Source: Haliotis rubra (taxonomy: Eukaryota). Taken from it: a stretch of 64,000 nt of DNA. The notes below the pieces were generated by a model that was given only the letters and a program-made list of their open reading frames with translations, made no database searches and was not told the DNA's origin. The DNA lies in contig NW_025766558.1 of assembly GCF_003918875.1 (NCBI RefSeq), forward strand, positions 1,364,001-1,428,000, written 5' to 3'. Both the position numbers and the translations under genes were made by a program. Each line of letters begins with the position of its first letter. Positions within the stretch are counted from its first letter, which is position 1. This document shows, in pieces, positions 1-12,200 of the stretch.

Positions 1-284
1 GTGATGGCTTTACCGAAGGTTTACATATTCAGCTGAGGTTCAGACATGTTGCGTATTGTGACAGGCAGAAGTGTTATTAAAGATATAACAACACAGAATC
101 ACCAACAAGGTGGTCTTAGAAATAACAAATAATCACATGCACAAATTTTATCGAGATCATAATGTCATAATTTCAGGTGTACAGTTATTATGAATACAAA
201 CAAAATTGTATTGGTTGGCACCTCTGTTAAATGCATTAACCACATGGATATCCATTTCCCCACAAAGTAATGGGGAAAACTCAC

Positions 285-3200
285 CCAGTCAAGTTCTTCA
301 TCATTGATGCCTTCTAAGTCCAATTCCCCATCCACGCCCACAACCACAGACTCTGAAGACACATAAAATACTTGTCAAGTATGAAGTAATATGGAGGAGA
401 AGACATCCATCGATTATACTGACGTACCAACGGATCATTTATCAGGCTTAGATGAACAAATTATACGTCAGGTAACTCGTAATCAATATTTGGCTCTCCT
501 AACTCTAATCTCCATGTTGATGTCTGTGTTCACCACCCACCTGAATCACCGTCTCCTGGCTCCCACCCACCTGAATCACCGTCTCCTGACCCCTACCCAC
601 CTGAATCACTGTCCTCTTTCATACATTCTTCCACCACCTCCTTGATGCCCAGACTGGCAGCAGACGGCGTTAACCCTTTCGCTGTCAATGCTTCTCGACG
701 GGTGAGACTCTCTTTGGACTCTAGCTTGACTGCATCTTCCACTCCTGAACGGCATCCCTCTGTCTTAACGGTCTTGTCCTTCACGTCACCAGCTTCTTCA
801 TCACTCAGTAGGTCCACTGTTGCATCTTTCACAGCCTCCTCAGCGAGGTAGTTACTTGCAGCCACTATTTCATCGTTCTCTTCACAGTCGTCTCCCATTT
901 CTAAATTCAAATGAATCTGTGTCAGTATTAATTGATTATGCTAGTTTTGGAAATAGAGACAGAAAGGGCCTCAGTCCCCATTTTCTGTGAGTATACGAGG
1001 CTTTGGCAGATGGTCAAAAGTCCGCACTATTTCAGCCGTGCCGTAGCTGTGTCCTCTGATAGTGTGACTGACATGAATAAAGGAGCAAACAATTTTCTCA
1101 AAAAATACTTTCACATACTGTCTGTAATTTGTTTATAGCGGTATCTCAATAAAGCTTTATCTCACTTGAGTATGATGCAAATATTCCTCTTGGTTTTCTC
1201 GGCTCCAGGGACTTCTCAATTTCCGTCTGGAGGCTGCTCACCTCCGCCGTGAGATCGCTGAACTTGTTGTGCTCCTCCAGCTGCAAGGGAAACATGAGTC
1301 AGTGTCATCCCACAGGCAACAAAGTGACATTATAGACAGGAACATGCATCAGCAGAATTCGTACAATTTATCAGCCATGTAATTTAAGTCCTTTTTAGGT
1401 CCTTTGCAAGGCTAAATCAACAATTTTAAGGCCTTAAACTAAAATTTTAGGCTTTTTCAAGCTGTGCCAACTGTGATCACAGTCTTTATTTTGTTGTGTA
1501 GTTATGATCTCTTGCTATATGAGCTGATGCCCTCCCCCCTGTATCTTTATCATACCTGGGCCAGCTTGGCCTTCCGCTTGCTCTCCGTGAAGCATGGTGG
1601 GTCATGTTCCTCCTCCAGGTCTATCTTGATAAACTCATCAATGGTCAGCTGACTCGATGCTGTGTCGGAGAATTCTGTCAGTCTGTGAACATCTACATTG
1701 GATTAATTACAGGGCACTTTTCCGTGTTCTCAAACATCAGTGTAATAAAATGTCTGACTACCCCTGACTACCTCATAATGTGAGGGCTATGTGACTACCC
1801 CTGACTACCTCATAATGTGAGGGCTATGTGACTACCCCTGGCTACCTCATAATGTGAGGGCTATGTGACTACCCCTGACTACCTCATAATGTGAGGGCTA
1901 TGTGACTACCCCTGACTACCTCACAATGTGAGGGCTATGTGACTACCCCTGACTACCTCATAACGTGAGGGCTATGTGACTACCCCTGGCTACCTCATAA
2001 TGTGAGGGCTATGTGACTACCCCTGGCTACCTCACAATGTGAGGATTATGTGACTACCCCTGACTACCTCATAATGTGAGGGCTATGTGACTACCCCTGA
2101 CTACCTCATAATGTGAGGGCTATGTGACTACCCCTGGCTACCTCATAATGTGAGGGCTATGTGACTACCCCTGGCTACCTCATAATGTGAACACTGTGGT
2201 GGTTTTCTGAAGAAATTACAATCAAAATGCGTCAGTGCCTCACAAATAAAAAATCAACTTGTAAACTGAAATTAACAAATTTCTAACAGGGCACATTTAA
2301 AAAACAAGTTAAAAAACAAGTTAAAAAACATTTTAAGACAATATAATTACCGTTTCCTAATTGTTGTTTCACAAACTTTGACAACTCTGATCAAATCTCG
2401 AACAGTGCGGCTGAAATTGTGCATTCTTGCTGCCACAAGGATAGCTGAAAAACATTAAAAATACAACATTTGTATTGCTGTGTCTGACTTTTAGGGGAAG
2501 AGGTGTAAGCTTTAGAAACTTGTTAGCGATATGATGGCAGGGGTCATGAGAAATGGGCTTCATACATTGCATCAATATTGGAAATGGAACCATGGTTTTG
2601 GTATGACAAACAATTGTAAACCACAAAGCTATCCTTCCACCCATGTGGGAAGGGGACTACAGTCTGTTCCATCAACAACATTGTGGAAAGTTCCATCTTC
2701 TGATGGAAATATGATAGACTGGGTAATCCAGAATGTTCTTCAATCAAATTAATGGGCAGAACGAAAAAAATGTCATAAAATCCTGACGTTCCAAATCAGC
2801 TATGACAAGTACTGATATGGCATCAACAGGCCAGAAATTGTAACTGGGTTGAATCATGTATTTGAACCCACAGAAGATCCTTGTGTCTAAGGGGACACAA
2901 CTCTGCACAACTAGGTCTAGTTTTACGTGTATACTTATGTTAACTGCGGTCAATACTGGTGTGAATACATGCTGTTAATGGAATATTTCATTTATAATTA
3001 CTCAAAAGAAATTCAAGAACACACAAACACATTTATATGACTTAGGTTAATATTGTGATGCCATGACTTATGTACTATATTCAGTGGAAACAATCTGATG
3101 TTCATTAACTTCTGTGTAATACATAGCAAACTATAACTGGGCCAGTCAAGACATGAACCTTTATCATGTGCTCCTGTCTGAAATGACAGGGGCAAACCAG

Positions 3201-6200
3201 TTACAGAAGGCAAGGGGCCATGAGAAGGGTAACTGAGCCATAACATACCAATATTGCAAAAGTCCCCAAAAAGCAGGTCCAGATTTCCCCGAAGTTCTGA
3301 AGTCTCCCATCCCACTGGGGATCCTAATCAATTTATATTAAGTTGCTTATTTCTATGAAAAATATATATTTTCTTGCGCCAAGTGGCGTACGGGTGAGTT
3401 GCTGCATGGCAAGACCAGTTGTGCTTACCTGCGCCACACAGGCCGGAGGGGCGTCTCCCCGTGTGCATCCAGTCTCGCTTCATCCTCTGCACCAGCCTTA
3501 GGGCTGTCATAGACACCTCGTGGGTCTTGTCACCGAACTCCAGCTTGTGGGCAAACCGGCTCACGTACAGACAAGGATCTGTAATAAAGTAGGACAGTTC
3601 AGTTGAGAATCAGAAACAGCATATTGGTAAGCTGGCGAATCTCTCATGATTCTCTCCAACATAGATGTGTGAGTGAGTGAGTTTAGTTTTAGCAATATTC
3701 CAGCAACATCAAACATTGTAACCATGTGGGGAATCGAAACCGGGTCCTCGGCGTGACGAGCGAACGCACTGCAACCACTAGTTCGTTTTCACAAGTTGTC
3801 CACCATTAACAGTCAAGTATGGGCTTCAGATATTACACTCAAGACAAGTCAACGCTTGCCACAACTACAGATACCCATCTGCCTTACACATGCGTTCAAA
3901 CTATTTGATTCAGGAATCCACAGACTCAGATCTACTGTAATGTGAATGAAAAAAAAACAAAAACAAATTATTTACATTGGATGTTTTTTATTTATTTCTT
4001 CAACCTACAGGCACCTGGATTTTACTGACAAAACTCTGATAATCGAGAAAGGAAACAGGCTAAAACTTTAACAGTTTGCGAATTATTATTTAGGTCTAAG
4101 TCACGCCATAATTGTTCATGATATCGTTTAAGTCTGAAATCGTGAGAATACATGTACACAACACCATTTATTTATGATATGAATATTGGCTTATAGAAAC
4201 ACATAGCCACAAGTCTACTATTTCTCTAAATATTTTTGGTAGTATGCTGAATTTCGACCTAAGTTCAAAATCACACGTCGTCTACCATCCATGTATTCCA
4301 TGCTCCATTATGGTGTTCCGGCGGTCTGTCATTGCCCATTCATTGATGGAATGGTACTAAAACATTGACTTGTGCTCGCCTGTGTGACCGAATATATGTT
4401 GGATAACGATTAATTATGTATGAAAACACCACCACAACACTGGAACAACAGAGCGAATCCAGCTCAGAGCTTTGAGATCCGCGGGTATATTTTACGAACG
4501 CTTCGATCGCACGTGCTTTTTGGTGTTACGTCCCCAAAGTCATTGTGACATCACTGATGCGGCTTGCCTGCGTCTTCAGCTCCAGAAATGGGTTTTCTTA
4601 CTCACAGTGATAATACATGACCGTATGGGGATAAAAAAGTATTTAGTAACATTATTTACATTTAGATCTAGACGCCATGCGTCAAACTTTTCAAATAATT
4701 ACAACGCTATGCCTATGTATTCTGATTGACTATGGGTTTCTAAAATAGGAGTTGTGATTGATTCCAATACAAAACGCACTGAAAGGTTTCATGATAAGCT
4801 AGGCATAGCACAATGCCATTTGTGAAAACGTATTTACACTTGATAAAACAGACATTACTTTATTAACAGCCGCATGGTTGAGTCTCGCTGCTTTTCCAGA
4901 TGTCTGCACTTCTTTCTTTCAATAAAGGCTCGTTGGTACTTTTCATCGCGATAGCCGACATTTTAAGAAACTTTAATACGTTTTGACAAATACCACATGA
5001 TGTCACCGCGTAAGAAAAACATGACACCAAATCAAGATCGGGCCAAGAGACCTTACGTAAAACCACTAGTGGTATTGAACGCGTTTCCGTGGTTGCCTCC
5101 CTTAGACTATATTATGGGATGCGCAGTCGGGGGATGTGAAAGACGTAAACAGGAAAGTTGTGGGGGGATAACATCTTCTTGCTTGTGTAGAACACTTTCA
5201 CAACTGCAGAAAAAGAGGTTAAACTACATTCACTAAAACGTAAGTATTTCGTTCTCGTATAGGTCTTATTTAATAGGCAGCACTGACTATGACGCTGAAA
5301 GTGGCTAAAACTTGACAGGTACCGTGCTGCTTCCAGACAACAGAATCTTTGGATGTACGATGTGGGAACATCTCAGTTTAAAGAAAGATTAGTGACTCCT
5401 AATGACATTTAAATGGGCGTTATTACACCTAGCTGATCATTGTGGAAAGGTTTTGAAGGAACAGCTATTCCAGTTCCACTGGGGTAGATCCAGGTCTTTG
5501 CTTCTTTATGAAAGAGAAAGTAGAGATCAGAGATCTACTTAGGATTCAACGCTAAGTGCCTTTGTCAGATGAAGTGAAATATAACGTAAATTTGCAAAAA
5601 CTGGACCCTGCTAAAAGTCTACATTTTCTTACATTCAAGGAATGTATTTTTGTATACAGTGCATAAAACCTAAACCCCAAAGCTACTTCCTGTGTGTTTG
5701 TCCTGATCTGTTCATGTAATTATGAAGCAGGTATGTATACCAAAATACTACTGACAGTGATTCAGTTTGACCATACTAAGCCTGATATCTAAATGTCTGC
5801 ACAAACTAAGCAGACAGCAGCTCAAGACATAGGTTTTCCTTGAAACATAATGTGGTATTATTCTTATTCAGTTGAAGTATATTGATCATGGCCTTGTTTA
5901 TCATGTTTGTCTTATCTTATTTTGAAATGTTTCAGCTTGGCTGGATTGACATCTACACATAATGGCCATGAAGTCCTGCATTGCCTCTCGTCTCAAGGAT
6001 GATGAAGAAATAAATCAGGAAGTTCCACCAAACTTTGTTTCCCAACCCCCAGTGTCTGTTGAAACCCGGTCCCCTGACTGCCTTCCCCCAATCTCCTGGC
6101 AACCAGTGTCCAATAGCCGCCGCACCCCACCACCACCACCCCCACCTCTCCCAACATCCAAACAGAGCGAGGAACATAATTGGCAAGCCACTCAGACCAC

Positions 6201-9200
6201 AGTGCGAGAAAGAAATGCAGTCATGTTCAATAATCCTCTCATGGCTGACATCTATTTTTTAGTGGGAACTGAGCCAGGAGTTGAGAAAATTCCTGCCCAT
6301 AAGTATGTACTTGCTACAGGAAGTTCAGTGTTTTTCGCAATGTTCTATGGAGGCCTCGCTGATAAGACTGAGGAAATAATTATCCCTGACGTGGAGCCAG
6401 TAGCATTTAGGAACCTGCTCAGGTAAGGTGATACCTGGAATTATCCAGTCTACAGCTCAAACCAAGAGTCCAAGCTGTGGATGTCTCTTCTTGCAGCCTT
6501 AGTTCAGGGATTTACAGGACGCGAATTCCTGCGTCCTATACTCATAAAAATTGATAATGGACACAACCAAAATTATTAGCGCGTACACAGGGACTCAGAA
6601 AAAGTCCAAATACTTTTTGTAAAAATTCCAATCAAGTGACATACTGACAATAAGTTATCACTGAGTTTGCTACTGGGTTATGGTATTATTTGCAATTTAT
6701 TACTGTAACAATGTGATGATCATGATACACAATACAATAACAGTATTAATTATATTTAAGTGTCTGGGACCCACATTTTCATGTCCAGGATCCCTGAAAA
6801 TTAAGAGTGTGAGTCCAAGGGACCCTCAAAAACACTCCATGTAAATCCCCGCTTAGTTAATGAATTCTTCATCATGAATACTAAAAGCTGATGCAAATGA
6901 TGGCAAATTAGAGCTTGTAGTATCTATGTGAGTGAGTGAGTTTAGTCTTATGCCGCACTCGGCAATATTCCAGCTATATGATGGCGGTCTGTAAAGATTC
7001 AAACCTGGATCTGACAATCCAGTGATCAACAGCATGAGCACTTTGGATACAATGACATGTGTCAACCAAGTCAGCGAGCCTGACCACACTATCCCGTTAC
7101 TCGTAGCCTGACCACGCTATCCCGTTACTCGTAGCCTGACCACACTATCCTGTTACTCATATCTATGTAGTAGACGTTTCTTCTTTGTCATGACTGTCGT
7201 TGCTTAATGACCAAAAACTTGAAAATATGGCTCATAAATATTGAGTATAGTTATGATCTGGCCAGGGCCTTAATATGGCACTTAATGGACCGATATGTAA
7301 ATTATCTGATGAAGGTATGCATAGTATAAGCTGTGAGGTGTTGAGGTGAGTTTGCATTGAATCTCTTTTGTTAATTAGTATAATCGGAGCTTTCATACAT
7401 TAATAAAGTTTTCTAATTTGACGTCATTGTCTGAATGAATAGAGTAGTTGTACATTTTTGGTCCAGTTGAATTGAAATGTAAACATGTTTCACTTTGCAA
7501 GTATTTGACATCCATCTGTTAATTTGATGTAGCAAAATCCACAATTTTTAAAATATAATTTCACAAAAGTGATAGTTCAAGAACAACAATCTCTGCATCT
7601 CTTGACACTGATCTCTCCCAGACTCCCAGTACTTATTACGTATGTTTTCTACATTTTATGTTTTCATTGTTAGAGCAAGTGCTGAGGAAAGTGCACCCTT
7701 ACCCTGGAATGGATGTTGATATAACATTTCAGTGGTGTTTATGATATAGTGAGGCACCTAAAAATTGAAGTTAAATGAAGCATGTTTAAAATTTTATCAG
7801 AATTTCACAAATCACATCTAAACAGACAAAGCCTGATTTTCTGTCATTGGAAATGCTAAATAATTCTTGAATGAGCATGATGAGGGAAGTAAATTCCAAG
7901 GACAATTCTAGATCACTCAAAATTCCAGGGTTACGTCAGTACTTCCTGCACAGTATTCACCCTGTCATATGTTCCCTCTTCACAGTGTTTACTGTGGTCA
8001 TGGTCTCTGTTCACCATTGTCCCACATCTCGCACCATGTTCTCCCCTTTCGACACTAAGTTGCGTGACATTGCTAACAAGAATGTGTTGCTCAAACGATG
8101 ATTTGTAGGGAGTAGTATTGATGAACATGAATTTCTACAAATGATTTTTTCATGTTGCAGGTATCTGTATTGTGATGAAATTAAACTTGAAGCTGACATC
8201 GTTCTGTCAACTCTCTATGCTGCAAAAAAGTACATTGTTCCTCATCTTGCCAAGGCTTGTGTCCGTTTCCTTGAGACCAGTCTCAGTGCTCGCAATGCTT
8301 GTGTCCTTCTGAGCCAAGGTCGCCTGTTTGAAGAGGTGGAACTTATGCAGAGATGTTGGGAGGTGATAGACGCACAGGCAGAGGAGGCCTTAAAATCTGA
8401 TGGCTTCACAGACATAGATTATAAGACCTTGGAAACAATACTCAGTCGGGAAACCCTCAATGCTCAAGAAATCCATATCTTCTCTGCTGTGTCCCGCTGG
8501 GCTGAAGCTGAATGTCGACGTCAAGAGCATGATGTAACTCCTGAGAACTGTCGCTCAGTGTTGGGGGAGTGTCTCAATCTGATCCGCATGCCGCTCATGA
8601 CAATTGAAGAGTTTGCAAATGGACCAGCACAGTCCCGAATACTCACACTGGAGGAAACCAATGATGTGTTTCTTCATTTCACTGCTCGTGTGAAACCTAA
8701 ACTACCCTTCAACAGAAAACACCGCAAAGGACTTGAGCAGTACAGGGTTCACAGGTTCCAGTCTTCCGCTTATCGCAGCAATCAGTGGAGGTACAGGGGG
8801 CGCTGCGACAGCATCCAGTTTGCAGTTGATCGCAGAGTCTTTGTAGCTGGATTTGGACTGTATGGCTCCAGCAATGGGGCCTCTGAGTATCAAGTCAAAA
8901 TAGAACTGAAAAAAAAATGGTCTAATTCTTGGGCAAAATTTAACCCGATTTAAATCTGATGGATCCAGTAACACATTTCCTGTTATATTTGACAACCCAA
9001 TCCAGATTGAGCCAGATATCTATTACACGGCCAGTGCGGTGTTGGACGGTGCCGAGCTCAGCTACTTTGGTCAAGAGGGACTTGCTGAAATGCAGTGTGG
9101 CAAGGTCACATTTCAGTTCCAGTGTTCCTCCGACAGCACAAATGGTACTGGGGTACAGGGGGGACAGATACCAGAGCTGATATTCTACTGCTGACGTTGG

Positions 9201-12200
9201 ATTGTCATTAGAAGGATCACTGTCTATCATAACTGAAGACCAAATATCCAGACAGGCTTCAGTGCTGGCTCTATGGAACTTGCTTATCTGCAAGAACTAT
9301 TTGCATCCTAAACTGCATAAACAGTGTTGAAATTCATTTGGTGGGAGGAGAGCATAGCATTTGAATCTTGGTACCTCCAAAATCCTAAACTTTTACTGTT
9401 AGAGTATAAAACCCTTGACTGTTATGCTTTATTTCAAACATTGGTTGAAGTAATCATAGGACTGGTATAAATGATTACTAGTTGGAAGTTTTCCTGTCAT
9501 AGAGCCATGTGAGGATCAGTCACCAAACCTCTCATTGGCTTAAATATGCTCCTGTTAGAAACATCTACATGTTAGTTTGTTGCTCAGGTGCCCCTCAAGT
9601 GTTGCCCCAATGTTGGTGGTGTAGTCAAACCTTCCCCTTGATCATGTTGATGTCTCATCTATTATTAGACTGTTGAAATGGCTTGTGGCAGACTTGTTTG
9701 TGATGGTTAGAGAGTTTATTAGGAACCTGCTTCCTTGTCTCATCACCCGACACATTTATTAGGTAGCCTAGTGCTGGACATTAGACCACCCAAGACAATA
9801 TGAGGGTATTTAGTATGAATGCTACTGAATGATCAAGACACATTTCAAACAGTGCCATAATTACTTAGATGTTTTGATTGTCACAAATCATGAATATTGC
9901 ATTCTAAAAAGAGGGCTCTCCACCAATCAGTGGTCGCCCTTAGTAAGTATGTCTATGAGTTATTCCCTAACAGTCACCATGAATGAAATTCAAATATTGA
10001 GCTTCTTGGTACATGATATACATCATCGTTTACTTGAACTGATGCATAACACTGATGTGGTCAGTCTGCAACTTGGGCCACTGGTTGAAGTCAGAGTCCA
10101 GTAAAATGTATTTGGTAGGATAATACTGAATATGATGCTAAGCCATGTTCGGACAAAAGGACTCAAGTGTTTTGGTCCAACTCTAAGCTCCAATGAATTG
10201 AGTGACTGTATGTGTACATGCCGTAGTTATTACTAGTATTTCTTACCTCAGATTTGTCATGTTGGTAACCATGTGAAAAGGACATCAACCATGTTTTTTT
10301 TCTTCCCACATCACTGATAACAACTGTTTTATCATGGTAGCCCTCAGATTTCAATCAACCTACCTAGTCCTTCAAAAGCCAAGAATTATTTTTTTAAATG
10401 ACAATCATTTTGAAGTTGTTTCACACGTCCAACGAAAATATCACAAGAAGTCAAGTTTATCCCTGAAAGTGAAGACCCTGATAAACTGTAATATTGATTT
10501 GTTAGTAAACTGGAAATAAAGATTTTTTTATTGAAAATGTTTTAGTGTTTTCATAACAGGATAAATTAAACCAGGGGAGTTGACCTTGCTGTTAATGGCA
10601 GACAACTTGGGTCAGGTGCACTCTGGACACGGGTGCTACCAAACTCAGAATGAGTGAGTTGGGTAATATGCTGCCAGGTGCAGTGTACCAGTTTCATCGC
10701 ATATTAGGACGGAGCCTCAAAATGAATTCTTTTCACTGACATCAATACAGGTATGGTTCTGACAAACTGAAGCTCAATCAGAAAATATGGCAATGTAGAG
10801 TCAACCCCATGATCCACATGACGAAGGAACACAACTCTGGACTCATCCACTTAATTTTATGCAAATGTCGTAGTTGTTGTGATATTAATTGCAGTGAGTG
10901 TGTATGAGGTTCATATCCATGTTTACCAGCATTATGGTATCGCTGTGTGCTGACCCATACAACTGCATAATACAGTCGTTAGTGCATACACGTTGCTATG
11001 ATACAATAAATTGAAAGCACTTGAAATTTCCATTTCACATCATGTTAATAATTTCATACCAGAGTTGTTCTTGTGAACCAGTCACCATGGTAAACAATTA
11101 TGAATTTTCTATAATAATTCTTAAAACAGTAGCTTCAGTTAACTTAATTGACAGTTCTGTTGTGATTCTACAACTGTCCCACATCACTGGGCATTATGAC
11201 CCACAACAGTTAAACAGTATTCACGTTATATCCCACCGAGTTAGCTTGATGTTGGAGGAAAGCCCACGAGAAAGGCTATGGTGCTGACAAACCACAACAT
11301 TCGTAACTTCTCGTCCCTTTCCGTAATCTGAAAGAAGACTCGTACCCCTCTCATAGACATTTTACTTGAACTTGACTCTGTCTGAGCTCGCAAAAGCGCA
11401 GCGAGAAAGAAAGTCTAGTCGCTGATCTATTTTCAAGGGCATGGAAAAAAACATGGCATTCACGCCAAGGAAATTACCTCAAAGGGTACGTTTAACATAC
11501 TTAAATACTTTCCTACACCATAATGTTAATATATCCTGGTTATAAAAATTCAGGAAACCCAGGAGGACTATGCAAGAATTAATATATACTTGAAGTGTCT
11601 GGGGAAAAATTATGCAAGCAGAAATGAAAATTATTTCAACTAACTATTTTGACCCAATTTCTTCTCTACATACGAGCATTCTGAGTGGCTGGGGGAATAT
11701 TTCTCCTGGACATGGCTACGAGAGGGGTAAGAGTCGTCTTTCAGGTTACGGAAAGGGACGAGTACCGGTAGTTACGAATGAAACCACAAAACATTATTGT
11801 GGAGAACCGGGATCCAAACCCAGGTTCGTAGTTCTCTTACATTCCCCACTGCACATCAAATTCTGACGCCTAATCAACTGGGCCACCACTGCCATGCAGT
11901 AGAGCTCTGGAGAACTAACGTGTTGTTGCTAGTTGTGTGTAATACCGACATTACAGCAATCATAGCCCAAGTGTCTGAATGTAGGAAAGGACACTCACCT
12001 ATGGCTGGAATGTTGATGCACAGTTCTTTTGAAATGGCAAGATAAGTCCTACCGAGGGAGTACACATTCGTCTGTGGGAAAAGAATAAAAGAATACATAA
12101 CACTGCATCAGGATGGGTTGTCCACTCCATGGGAACTAGGGTAAAAAGCTTATACGGGGGATAAAGTGTTACACACACCTCACAAGAACATTCTAAATAA

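Noticed and set aside
960-1055. Possible extra BRF1 exon between the exons at 1166-1280 and 601-900
   Set aside because: The candidate acceptor leads to an in-frame stop, and the flanking exons already join in phase.
8905-8920. Programmed ribosomal frameshifting at the A-run in BTBD6
   Set aside because: It would need a +1 shift, orthologs are known as continuous ORFs, and a second homopolymer +1 indel in the KLHL gene points to sequencing error.
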